This document shows, one piece after another, positions 29,608-38,471 of a stretch of 64,000 bases of DNA. Below the pieces are notes generated by a model, which saw only the letters and a list, made by a program, of their open reading frames with translations, made no database searches and had not been told where the DNA came from. Numbering within the stretch: the first letter of the stretch is position 1; the number at the start of each line of letters is the position of its first letter. Origin of the DNA: a virus; the IMG/VR virus record IMGVR_UViG_3300033145_001320, positions 1 to 64,000 of that record; one strand, given 5' to 3'. Position numbers and translations under genes: made by a program.

Positions 29608-29828
29608 AGTCTGTTTTCCTCTTTATCAATCTCAGTTTTTGTTTCGATGGGAGTCGGGTTCTGTTCTTGTTCTTGTGTGATAAGTTCAACCTGTTTGTTT
29701 AATTCTCGCCGATTTAAAAAATTTTGTATTTGCGGAATGGCAATAGCACATATAATTCCCATTATTGCAATCACGATCATAAGTTCTATAAGAGTAAATG
29801 CCTTACTATTTTTTATTCTCTTTATCAT
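29604..29828 (-). CDS. Short type IV prepilin-like protein
   Basis: Class III signal: basic leader MIKRIKNSKA|FTLIELMIVIAIMGIICAIAIPQ, with Glu at +5 and Pro at +22. Confidence 0.85.
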   Translation of the reverse strand: MIKRIKNSKAFTLIELMIVIAIMGIICAIAIPQIQNFLNRRELNKQVELITQEQEQNPTPIETKTEIDKEENRL

Positions 29829-30249
29829 TTTCCACCTTTATCAAATCTGTTAAGATAGTGTTATTAATAAGTATTTCAGAAACCTTTTCCTCTTTTATTC
29901 CGAGAATAATATCCTCTCCATCACCTGGCATATCTGCGGAATTAAGAAACAATCCAGCTCCATCTAAAGCAGTTTGTATAACTGCCCATACTTTTCTATC
30001 AACTCCATCTCCGTATGAGTTACTGTAAATGCTATCTCCTGCTTTCAATGATTCAATAGAGTCATCAATTTCTTTTCTCATATCTTTAACTGTTGGAAAT
30101 TCTTCTTCTTCATCGTCCGGTTCCCACCAAGTCATTTCAGCATCTATTCCTTCTTGTATCATTTCATCTGTAATGATAAATGAACTTGGAATAAAGACAA
30201 TATAACATACTGATGAACTGTTTGTTACAAAATCAAATTTAAATTTCAT
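29806..30249 (-). CDS. NSSS-motif family protein, paralog 2
   Basis: MKFKFDFVTNSSSVCYIV; start adjusted to the motif Met. Confidence 0.75.
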   Translation of the reverse strand: MKFKFDFVTNSSSVCYIVFIPSSFIITDEMIQEGIDAEMTWWEPDDEEEEFPTVKDMRKEIDDSIESLKAGDSIYSNSYGDGVDRKVWAVIQTALDGAGLFLNSADMPGDGEDIILGIKEEKVSEILINNTILTDLIKVENDKENKK

Positions 30250-30254
30250 CACTA

Positions 30255-30521
30255 TCACCCATCATCTTTTATATGATCATCTTCAACACCGATCATTTCT
30301 AAAAACCAGTACATATCAAAATTATCCATTGTTGTACTACCACTGATTTCTGTTTCTGTTTCTGATATTCTCCACGGTTGCTCATAGATACTTGCACCAA
30401 ACATTTTAGATGCCTGAATATGATTCCGAATAAGATTTATTTGAAGTTCTGTTAAATTTTCCTTTAAGATTATAAAACTAGAACTTGAGCTATTAGTTAC
30501 AAAGTCAATTTTTGCTTTCAT
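30255..30521 (-). CDS. NSSS-motif family protein, paralog 3
   Basis: MKAKIDFVTNSSSSSFII. Confidence 0.75.
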   Translation of the reverse strand: MKAKIDFVTNSSSSSFIILKENLTELQINLIRNHIQASKMFGASIYEQPWRISETETEISGSTTMDNFDMYWFLEMIGVEDDHIKDDG

Positions 30522-30526
30522 AATAT

Positions 30527-30877
30527 TTACCTCAGGTATTCACAAAACCTCCAATTGAAATTTTTTGATGAACCCCCGTCCCTTAATATATAATCAAATA
30601 CATTCCCAACAATAGTTCCATCCTCATCACCAAACACACAATACGTTGCTTTGCCTGCTTCGAAAACTTCATCCCTATATTTTTCCGCTGACTCAATTAG
30701 TTTTTCTTGTGTGTAGTTTGAATTATCTTTATACCAATCGTATGTTCTTAAAAATTCATCAATCAACTGAGGATTTTCTTTTACGAAATCAGCTATAGTC
30801 AATTCATGGTCACTTAAGTTTGTGATAATGAATGCTGTTGATGAACTGTTTGTTACGAAATCCCCTTTAAATTTCAT
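30527..30877 (-). CDS. NSSS-motif family protein, paralog 4
   Basis: MKFKGDFVTNSSSTAFII. Confidence 0.75.
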   Translation of the reverse strand: MKFKGDFVTNSSSTAFIITNLSDHELTIADFVKENPQLIDEFLRTYDWYKDNSNYTQEKLIESAEKYRDEVFEAGKATYCVFGDEDGTIVGNVFDYILRDGGSSKNFNWRFCEYLR

Positions 30878-30885
30878 ATTATCTC

Positions 30886-31263
30886 CTATGGTCCGTCATA
30901 AAATTTATATTCAATATCTGATCCTGAAAAGAATTGGCTTATTGGTTCAGCAGTATCTTCCCAATAAAAGTGTACAGATTCCCCTCTAAGTAAGCCACTA
31001 ACTATTGCTTTATATTCTTCTTCTGATAAATCTTTTAATTTCCCCTCTTTGTCCACATATTCTCTCCACGGAGAGTCTGAATTTTCTATTTTTTCATATC
31101 TTTCTATAAATGTGTTAATATCCTCAAATGTAATGCTAACATTATCCATAAAATCAATAGTAGTTGTAACCTCCATAACTTTTCTATCAGGGACATCTCT
31201 TGAATCGAATACAATATAATTTGCTGAACTACTGTTAGTTATAAAATCAAGCTTGACTTTCAT
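30886..31263 (-). CDS. NSSS-motif family protein, paralog 5
   Basis: MKVKLDFITNSSSANYIV. Confidence 0.75.
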   Translation of the reverse strand: MKVKLDFITNSSSANYIVFDSRDVPDRKVMEVTTTIDFMDNVSITFEDINTFIERYEKIENSDSPWREYVDKEGKLKDLSEEEYKAIVSGLLRGESVHFYWEDTAEPISQFFSGSDIEYKFYDGP

Positions 31264-31264
31264 C

Positions 31265-32665
31265 TTATCTTCCTTCTAAAATATCCAATGCAATTTGTTT
31301 ATCTATTTTTTTCATTTGATTGTTTGTAAATAATATGTATTGGACATTCCATTGTTTGCTTTCATAAAAGTTTAATCGAGTATGTAAAGTCTTAGCTATT
31401 TCAGGACACCCATAATCAACCATATCAATTATTGCAGGAGTTAGTTTGTTTGGATATGTTCTCACAACACGACCGCTTAACTGCTCAATGTTAGAGATTG
31501 GAGACGTCATTATAATTGCATCCTTCCACGGAGCATCAATCCCATCTCTACATTTTCCAGGTGTTGCAAATGTAAACCGTTTATTTAATTCAGCTAATGA
31601 TGCTGATTTATAAAATTTTGATTTACTGTCAAATGGTAACCAATCATAAAGTTCATCAATCTGTTTTGTTCTTTCAAGTATCATAATTGTATTACGATCT
31701 GTTTTGAGTTTATTCATTAAACTCTTTGCCACTGTATCAAACGGTTTTGATTTCTTTATCATATTTAAATATCTTGCTCTTTGAAATTGACCGCCCCATC
31801 GAATGTATTTACTTCTTCCGGCCGAATCAATTAAATAATCAAGCATAACTACTGTAACATTTGCTGGCATTGTTCCCTCTGTATCATCGTCTTCGAATAT
31901 ATCACCAAGATGAAATTCAATAATATCTCCATTTCCATCATACCTATATGGAGTTGCACTTAATCCATATACATATCTTGATGGCATGTGTATTGAACAT
32001 TCCGAAAATGTTGGAGCTCCGACTGATGTATGAACTTCATCAGCGACAAATACTCCAATGTTTGCTTCATTCAATGCTATTAAAAATTCTTCTCGTTTTC
32101 TTTTTAATAATGACATGAACGTCTGTGTGGTCGCAATAATTATAGGATTTTCTAAATCCTTTTGAAACGATGCAGATTTTAATCTAGAGATATCATCATA
32201 TGATATATTTGTAAAGTCCATGAATCTTTGTCGCCATTGTTCTGCAAGACTATCCCGATGAACAAGGATTAAACTTTTCTTTTTTCTTGTACCGATCATA
32301 TAAATTGTTATAACAGTTTTTCCTACACCAGGTGATAATTGTAAAATACCTGATTCGTTTTCTAACATGTATTGGATTGCTGCTTTTTGAGTTTGACTTC
32401 TCGGAGTAATGATATGTTCAATATCTATATCCTCTCCATCGTGTGTATAATCATCAACCTCATAATTAAAAGTATATTGTTGAAGTGGAAAGTTTCTTGG
32501 TATTAAAAGATACTTTTCCGATTCAATATAAAATGTATTAATAATGAATGATGATCTATTATACTCTTGAACCCTGCGCTGTAGGAACTCCCTGATTTTT
32601 ATATAAAAATCTTCATACTGATATTTCTTTGGGATTAGCAATCCGGAGCGCTTTATAATTTTCAT
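31265..32665 (-). CDS. Superfamily 2 helicase (UvsW/XPB-like)
   Basis: SPGVGKT, DEVH, GLSATPYRYDG and QLSGRVVR motifs. Confidence 0.9.
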   Translation of the reverse strand: MKIIKRSGLLIPKKYQYEDFYIKIREFLQRRVQEYNRSSFIINTFYIESEKYLLIPRNFPLQQYTFNYEVDDYTHDGEDIDIEHIITPRSQTQKAAIQYMLENESGILQLSPGVGKTVITIYMIGTRKKKSLILVHRDSLAEQWRQRFMDFTNISYDDISRLKSASFQKDLENPIIIATTQTFMSLLKRKREEFLIALNEANIGVFVADEVHTSVGAPTFSECSIHMPSRYVYGLSATPYRYDGNGDIIEFHLGDIFEDDDTEGTMPANVTVVMLDYLIDSAGRSKYIRWGGQFQRARYLNMIKKSKPFDTVAKSLMNKLKTDRNTIMILERTKQIDELYDWLPFDSKSKFYKSASLAELNKRFTFATPGKCRDGIDAPWKDAIIMTSPISNIEQLSGRVVRTYPNKLTPAIIDMVDYGCPEIAKTLHTRLNFYESKQWNVQYILFTNNQMKKIDKQIALDILEGR

Positions 32666-33082
32666 TTATTCTGTATAGGTTGCCTGTGAAGTATCTGTTT
32701 CATAAACTGTTATGTAATCCATCTGAACGGGTGATTTTAATTTTCTTTCAACGTGTACATAGATATCTTTTGCCATATTTTCTGCTGTTGGATCATAAGG
32801 TGAAGATACTATTTTTAAATCTGGCAACACATCAATTAACTTTTCAATCATTGGTTTATCAAGAGCATTAATCATAAGAGCATGGTCAAACTTAATTATC
32901 ATTTCATTTACAATATACTTCAGTTCTCCAAAATCCATAATCATGCCCGCATCATTTAGATGTTCGCTCTTTATTCCAACAATTACTTTATAATTATGAC
33001 CATGGAAATTTTTACATAATCCTTTATGCCAACGAAGTCTGTGCCCCATTGCGAAGCTAAACTCTTTTGATATTTTATACAT
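32666..33082 (-). CDS. queD: 6-carboxytetrahydropterin synthase (QueD/PTPS)
   Basis: GHRL, CKNFHGHNY, MDFGELK, FDH, PTAENMA and ET motifs. Confidence 0.92.
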   Translation of the reverse strand: MYKISKEFSFAMGHRLRWHKGLCKNFHGHNYKVIVGIKSEHLNDAGMIMDFGELKYIVNEMIIKFDHALMINALDKPMIEKLIDVLPDLKIVSSPYDPTAENMAKDIYVHVERKLKSPVQMDYITVYETDTSQATYTE

Positions 33083-33092
33083 ATAGTCCTCC

Positions 33093-33440
33093 TTAAAATT
33101 TTGTATTTATAGTGTATCTCCACCGATCATCTATGGGTTCTTGTTGAATACTAACAGTAATTATTTGATCTAATTTCATTCCTTCCTCTCTGATCAAATG
33201 CATTAGTCTGTGAATATTTTCATGAGAAATATGATATTGTAATGATCTCTTCTCATCTGCACGTTTCCCCATAGCATGATCAATCCAATCTTGACCGCCA
33301 TTTCCATTACATTTTGGGCATATTTCCATAATCGTTCCTGGATGTTCCTTAGATGGAACAATTCTTCTTCCTCTACATTCTTTACATTCAATAATTCCTT
33401 TATCATTAAAATGCATTGTATTGCTCCAAAACATATTCAT
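33093..33440 (-). CDS. Hypothetical protein with DnaJ-like CxxCxG zinc finger
   Basis: CKECRG...CPKCNGNG. Confidence 0.6.
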   Translation of the reverse strand: MNMFWSNTMHFNDKGIIECKECRGRRIVPSKEHPGTIMEICPKCNGNGGQDWIDHAMGKRADEKRSLQYHISHENIHRLMHLIREEGMKLDQIITVSIQQEPIDDRWRYTINTKF

Positions 33441-34704
33441 TTAAATTAGCAAGATGATGTTGTAATTCTTTCTTTGATTTATTTAATTCAGATGTATCTG
33501 TATCAAGAGTTAAAAGTTTTCTAATTTTATATTTATTCATCAATCCTTTTGATACCTCTTGTAGCACGCCTGTCTTGGTTTCTATTTCAGCAAGGGTTTC
33601 ATCTGTGCTCATCTTCTTTCCAATACACCTTGAAAGTACTGGTCTTATTTTTGCAAGGGTTTGATATTCTATAATCATGTTATTAACATTTTCGATTTCA
33701 TGAGTAAGCATACTTTCATTTGCTTGTTTGAATGATTCGAATGTATCTAATAACATTTGGTCAACTGATTTGGTTAAGACAATACTGTCTCTATCAACAA
33801 CAATTAATTCAAATGAAATAAACCCTTTATTGACTTCATATAACTTTTCAAGAAATTGTTCAAATATTCTATCTCGATTTCTTTCACGGATAACTTGAAA
33901 AACTATATTTGTTTCTTCAACTGATAAATCTGTAAATCCAATCATTCCATCGTTTAGTTCTTTATCGAACTTATTTAGAAATGTTTGGAATCTTTTACCT
34001 GGAGGCCATGCTTTAATAGAAGCTGTGTTATTTCTTTTGTTTATTTCTACAACCCCTTCAACTTCTATTCTTGCTTTGCCTGTTGTCAATAATTTTTCTA
34101 ATTGTTTTTTATCATCAATAATATTACAATCTGATATTGGAACAATTGTTGGTTTTCTTTTTCGTATTCCAAGTAACCATAACAATCTCTGATATAAATC
34201 CTTTACATGATAACATGGTATATATGTTTTAAACCCAAAACCAATACCTTGTGTATAGTCTGTACCCATTAAACATATTGGAAACATTGTTGGCAAATAT
34301 ATTGGCTCTGTATCGCCTAATTCACTTTCAATCCAAGGAACATGCTTGACATATTTAAATGCCATATCAAGAGTTTTCGGATGCATTTTACATTCTGTAT
34401 ATCTTGGAGCCGCCGGTCCTACAGGTTCGACTCCAACATTTGTTCCGAAGTTTCCTTGACCGATTAAAAATCCTTGACGAACCAATTGCACTACGGTCCC
34501 ATAACATTCTCCATGAGGATGATAATGACCAATAGTATAAGCATCAATCTGTCTTGATTTTACAAGTTTCTCTCTTCCAATTTTATATGCTGAAAGTAAT
34601 ACTCTTCTCTCAACCGGTTTTAATCCATCAATATCTAATGGAAAATTCCTATAGTTGGAGTATTTTCCATAATCCTTGTAAAGAAGAGGTAAAAGTTTAT
34701 CCAT
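33406..34704 (-). CDS. Type IIA topoisomerase subunit A (GyrA/ParC/gp52-like, no C-terminal pinwheel domain)
   Basis: DGLKPVERR, YHPHG, GQGNFG and catalytic AAPRYT; 432 aa. Confidence 0.92.
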   Translation of the reverse strand: MDKLLPLLYKDYGKYSNYRNFPLDIDGLKPVERRVLLSAYKIGREKLVKSRQIDAYTIGHYHPHGECYGTVVQLVRQGFLIGQGNFGTNVGVEPVGPAAPRYTECKMHPKTLDMAFKYVKHVPWIESELGDTEPIYLPTMFPICLMGTDYTQGIGFGFKTYIPCYHVKDLYQRLLWLLGIRKRKPTIVPISDCNIIDDKKQLEKLLTTGKARIEVEGVVEINKRNNTASIKAWPPGKRFQTFLNKFDKELNDGMIGFTDLSVEETNIVFQVIRERNRDRIFEQFLEKLYEVNKGFISFELIVVDRDSIVLTKSVDQMLLDTFESFKQANESMLTHEIENVNNMIIEYQTLAKIRPVLSRCIGKKMSTDETLAEIETKTGVLQEVSKGLMNKYKIRKLLTLDTDTSELNKSKKELQHHLANLNEYVLEQYNAF

Positions 34705-35605
34705 TTTGGTTATCCTTTTTACAAATTATTTGAGATAAATTCCATGCATCACATTCTGTTCCTGTTTTATGTCCAATTTCATAATGACATTTTTCACATA
34801 AAACTATTCCATTAGTTGGGTCTAAAGCTAACATTGGTTCTACTTTAACTGGTTGAATATGATGGCAATGTAAATTTTCTTTTGATGCACATTTTTGACA
34901 AGTATAATTATCTTGTTCTAAAACTACTTGTCTCCAAATTTGATATTCTTGTTCTGTAAATGGAGATTTAAATTCTTCTTTAAATGGATCATCTCTTAAT
35001 TTATATAAAATACATGAATCTTTGCATTTATTAGAACAATAGAAATATGAACCATCATTACCATATTCTTTTTCTAATTGTCTTATTCGTTCATAAAACT
35101 GTGTTTTTGTAGGTGTAAACCATCCACCTTTTTCTTTTGAATTTGGACAATCATGATTTTTACAATGTACTTGTATTTCTTTTTCTTCCTGTTTATCAGG
35201 ATTATATCTCATTTCTTCTTCTTTAGCAAATATTAAATATTGTTTTTTTAATTTTTTTATAGTTAAAAAGCTATGATTATTTTTTCCCAATTTAGCTTTT
35301 CGTCTAATTTCTTTTAGTAATATAGCTTTGTCTTCTCCATAAATTTCTTCATATGTTTTATTATTTCTAATTAACCTCATTTTATTTTTTGTTTCTTTAG
35401 TAATAATCTGCCCAAGATGTGAATTTCTCATTTTTTCTTTGGTTTTATCAGAATGCTTTTTATCCAAATGCCCTTTTCTATCTTTTTCTTTATTTATAGG
35501 GCATTGACTTGTATATTTACTACAACAAAATTTGCCATTTTTAAATTGGTATTTGGCTTGTTGCCCACACCCATAATCACATAGGTTCATTACTTGTATA
35601 ACCAT
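34697..35605 (-). CDS. HNH endonuclease with NUMOD3-like repeats
   Basis: KHSDKTKEKMR/ITKETKNKMR repeats and C-terminal CQKC...LHCHHI...NGIVLCEKCH. Confidence 0.85.
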   Translation of the reverse strand: MVIQVMNLCDYGCGQQAKYQFKNGKFCCSKYTSQCPINKEKDRKGHLDKKHSDKTKEKMRNSHLGQIITKETKNKMRLIRNNKTYEEIYGEDKAILLKEIRRKAKLGKNNHSFLTIKKLKKQYLIFAKEEEMRYNPDKQEEKEIQVHCKNHDCPNSKEKGGWFTPTKTQFYERIRQLEKEYGNDGSYFYCSNKCKDSCILYKLRDDPFKEEFKSPFTEQEYQIWRQVVLEQDNYTCQKCASKENLHCHHIQPVKVEPMLALDPTNGIVLCEKCHYEIGHKTGTECDAWNLSQIICKKDNQNG

Positions 35606-36023
35606 ACTCCCGCAATAACTCCTCTGTTTTCATTAGTTGATCGGGTAGCATAGTTGGAAAATTTGGAGTTCCGTATAATTCTATACTTTCCATTATACTA
35701 TATCCTTGTAAAATTTTGAGTGGGTCGGTTACATAGTCTACACCTGATTGATACATTACAACTTTTTCTCTTGCAGTATCAAACATATATGTATAGTCTG
35801 TTATGCGACTGTCTGCCCAAGGATGATCCCATTTATCTCCTCGGTCTGCAATAACACTATCACTTTTTTTCAAGAAATCCAGAGTCAATTCTTCAAACAT
35901 AGTTTGATTGACTTGGATTAGAATATTTAGTGGTATGTGACAAACATCTCCATCCTTAAAAATGCTTCCCAACCATTCCATATCATTTCCAGTTCCTACA
36001 TAAAAATCTGCTTTAGTTCCCAT
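35577..36023 (-). CDS. Hypothetical phage protein
   Basis: MGTKADFYVG...EWLGSI..DG start; GGAG RBS. Confidence 0.6.
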   Translation of the reverse strand: MGTKADFYVGTGNDMEWLGSIFKDGDVCHIPLNILIQVNQTMFEELTLDFLKKSDSVIADRGDKWDHPWADSRITDYTYMFDTAREKVVMYQSGVDYVTDPLKILQGYSIMESIELYGTPNFPTMLPDQLMKTEELLREYGYTSNEPM

Positions 36024-36036
36024 AACAGCTCCTTAA

Positions 36037-36285
36037 TTAAACATCTCCGTTTTCTGTTATCTTTTTATTTTCGTATGGAGCCAACAATCTGCGCCTTATT
36101 TCTTCGCCTGCTTCGTTAAGTTCTCCGAGAAAGTTTTTGTAATTCCCATATCCGGGTTCAACATGATATTTAGCAAACTTATAGAGTATATAATTCAAAT
36201 CTCCATTCGCTTCAACACCAGCATCGAACATGGCCCGTACTACTTGGTCCATTGCTAAACGTTTACCTTCTTTAATGTATGGCAT
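36037..36285 (-). CDS. Conserved-type phage hypothetical protein
   Basis: MPYIK...GDLNY...E..RR...PYE..KI.ENGDV pattern. Confidence 0.65.
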   Translation of the reverse strand: MPYIKEGKRLAMDQVVRAMFDAGVEANGDLNYILYKFAKYHVEPGYGNYKNFLGELNEAGEEIRRRLLAPYENKKITENGDV

Positions 36286-36289
36286 ATTA

Positions 36290-36442
36290 TCACCTTTTCA
36301 ATTTGCATCGTAATGCTTTTTTACCTTTTGCAGCATACATAATTTTTGGGGTTTGTCCCCAGTTACATACAAAATTTGTATTGTTATCTACTTTGCATAG
36401 TTTACAATTAACACAATCAATCGTAAGGGCTTTGTTTCTCAT
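36290..36442 (-). CDS. Small Cys-rich protein (50 aa), not in the ORF track
   Basis: MRNKALTIDCVNCKLC...CNWG...RCKLKR*; fills the gap, with an AAGGA RBS. Confidence 0.5.
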   Translation of the reverse strand: MRNKALTIDCVNCKLCKVDNNTNFVCNWGQTPKIMYAAKGKKALRCKLKR

Positions 36443-36806
36443 AACGTGGTCCTTTTTTAAAATTATTTGATTTCCAATTGATATACCTTTTCATTCTATC
36501 TTCACATGTTTCATTGAACTTGTGCTCATCAAAATTATCAGCAATGAATTGTGATGCTTCTTTCTGCTTGGTTCCTGTAAATTTAATCTCTAACCTTTTT
36601 TCAATATCCTTTATGAGTCTATATTGTTTTCCGGTGATATTGTTAAATTTGAGATTATTTTTGATTTTAAATTGTTTGTTTTCTTCGGCATACTTCTGAA
36701 GAAATAAATCAGCACCTTTTCTGGTATTATAACCTGTAAATTTAACATTCAAATTTCTTTCGATATCTTCAACATATTTTCTTTGAACCTTGGTCATAAC
36801 AGCCAT
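36417..36806 (-). CDS. Hypothetical protein with internal duplication
   Basis: Two similar halves: (M/I)T.(V/K)Q...(V/I).DIE..L..KFTG....A..F. Confidence 0.65.
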   Translation of the reverse strand: MAVMTKVQRKYVEDIERNLNVKFTGYNTRKGADLFLQKYAEENKQFKIKNNLKFNNITGKQYRLIKDIEKRLEIKFTGTKQKEASQFIADNFDEHKFNETCEDRMKRYINWKSNNFKKGPRYEKQSPYD

Positions 36807-37012
36807 TGTAGCTTTCTCCTATTATCATAAATCCAACTTGCTGCGTTTCTTGCTTCATATGATGATAAATCAGATTTGATATGATATAAGATCTTATATT
36901 TTCCTCGTTCCACAGTTTCCAAAATACCCAATCTTGATAAAATTCCTCTATAGTTATCATCTGTTGTACGATATGCTGATGTACGGGAATATAGTGTTTT
37001 ATTTTTTGCCAT
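36794..37012 (-). CDS. Hypothetical protein
   Basis: 72-aa ORF fitting between neighbours. Confidence 0.5.
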   Translation of the reverse strand: MAKNKTLYSRTSAYRTTDDNYRGILSRLGILETVERGKYKILYHIKSDLSSYEARNAASWIYDNRRKLQWLL

Positions 37013-37031
37013 TTGTTCATTGTCAGCTTCC

Positions 37032-37283
37032 TTATTTTATCTTATATAAGAGTCTGCCTTTTTTATCATATATCCTTGACCCATATTTATTAGTACGAAT
37101 CTTTCCTACATATTTTCCTTTTTTATCATATATCCTTGACTCATGTTTATTAACATGAATCTTCCCTGCATAACTCCCATCCTTATTATAAATTCTATGT
37201 CTTTCAGGAAAGTCATACAAGGTCCCAGTAGTTATGCACCCACATATGAAAATGGTGCATAACATACTCATAAATAGTTTCAT
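37032..37283 (-). CDS. Putative lipoprotein with three beta-hairpin repeats
   Basis: Signal peptide with lipobox-like ICGC; three RIY(N/D)K(D/K)G....KI repeats. DNA repeat ttttatcatatatccttgac at 37061 and 37121. Confidence 0.65.
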   Translation of the reverse strand: MKLFMSMLCTIFICGCITTGTLYDFPERHRIYNKDGSYAGKIHVNKHESRIYDKKGKYVGKIRTNKYGSRIYDKKGRLLYKIK

Positions 37284-37406
37284 TTTATTGGTCTCCTTAT
37301 TTTAGGAATCCAAATTTATATACTCTTTGGTATAACCGTGTTTTTATCAATCAACCCAACTTCAGGGATTAATCTTGTGTTCATATCAAGATTCATAACC
37401 ATTTCT

Positions 37407-37682
37407 TTATTTTCTGGAATTATATATTTCCAACCGATAGCGGTTAATACCTTTAAAATTCTTGATACATCCTCGAATGGTTCCAGTTGGATTTTCTTTC
37501 ATGACTTTAAAGTTTACATCAGTCATTGTGGCTGTTTTTGTTTTTTTATTTATTTTTAATGAGTAATGTGATGTTATCCATATAAATCCATCTGTTTGGT
37601 CATTTAAAAAATTTTCAGTCCATTCAAGATCAGATTTGTTTGGGGTCCATTTACTAAAATTTAACATTTTGTTCGTGTCCAT
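37407..37682 (-). CDS. Hypothetical protein
   Basis: 91 aa, AAGGAG RBS. Confidence 0.55.
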   Translation of the reverse strand: MDTNKMLNFSKWTPNKSDLEWTENFLNDQTDGFIWITSHYSLKINKKTKTATMTDVNFKVMKENPTGTIRGCIKNFKGINRYRLEIYNSRK

Positions 37683-37691
37683 TATTCTCCT

Positions 37692-38471
37692 TTATTTTAA
37701 AAAACCAAATTTATAAACTCCTTCCCTCATTCGATCTTCGAATGTTTTGTAGAGAATAGCAAACTTGTCTAAATCATTTTTGAAGTATTTTTCCAATACA
37801 AAGTTTTTTATTTGCCACCATCCAGCATCCCATCTATCTAAATTCCAATGAGGGGTTTTTTGATGTACAATTTTTCTTGCCTCAATGGACATCTTTATCA
37901 AGGATGCAGCTGTTGTCAAAACTTCTTCAGCATCTGAAGACAATCTTAAATTATGAATATTATGATGGTTCAGTAAAAATCTTTCGTTATTATCTTGATA
38001 TGAATTTTGAACTAACTCTGTAAAATTTATAGATGAGGAAAGATCAACCATTTCTTCTTTTTTTATAAAGAACCATTGATTCAGTATATTAAATTTTTCA
38101 TTCTTGAATGAAAATTGATAGCTTTTTGTATTAAATAAACAATATATGATCGAATCTATATACCATTGAAAATAATCTTCTTGTGAATCGTCTGGCCATA
38201 CATATTCTTGTATTCTCTCATAAAAATGAGTCCATTTATCTGTCAATAAATTAGCGGTAGCAGCAGGCACAACTTTATGAAAATTAGATCTATCCACATA
38301 AATTCCACCGGTTACTGTCAAATTTGTTGATGATATTGCAATATTCGCTTCCTCTCTATTATATGCTAATGTAACATATCCTAAATATGGAAGTTCTTTC
38401 TTTGATTCGATTTCATACCCAGTTCCATTTGAAAATAATTTTTTTGGGGATGTAATTATCATTGTTGTCAT
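37692..38471 (-). CDS. C-terminal/specificity-like partner of the upstream methyltransferase-like protein
   Basis: ATGA-coupled to 38468..40294. WDAGWWQIK...REGVYKFGFLK resembles C-termini of type IIG-like RM polypeptides. Confidence 0.5.
   Translation of the reverse strand: MTTMIITSPKKLFSNGTGYEIESKKELPYLGYVTLAYNREEANIAISSTNLTVTGGIYVDRSNFHKVVPAATANLLTDKWTHFYERIQEYVWPDDSQEDYFQWYIDSIIYCLFNTKSYQFSFKNEKFNILNQWFFIKKEEMVDLSSSINFTELVQNSYQDNNERFLLNHHNIHNLRLSSDAEEVLTTAASLIKMSIEARKIVHQKTPHWNLDRWDAGWWQIKNFVLEKYFKNDLDKFAILYKTFEDRMREGVYKFGFLK

Noticed and set aside
36769-37020. Alternative 83-aa minus-strand ORF
   Set aside because: It overlaps 36794..37012 in another frame and overlaps the next gene more; the 72-aa frame fits better, though the choice is uncertain.
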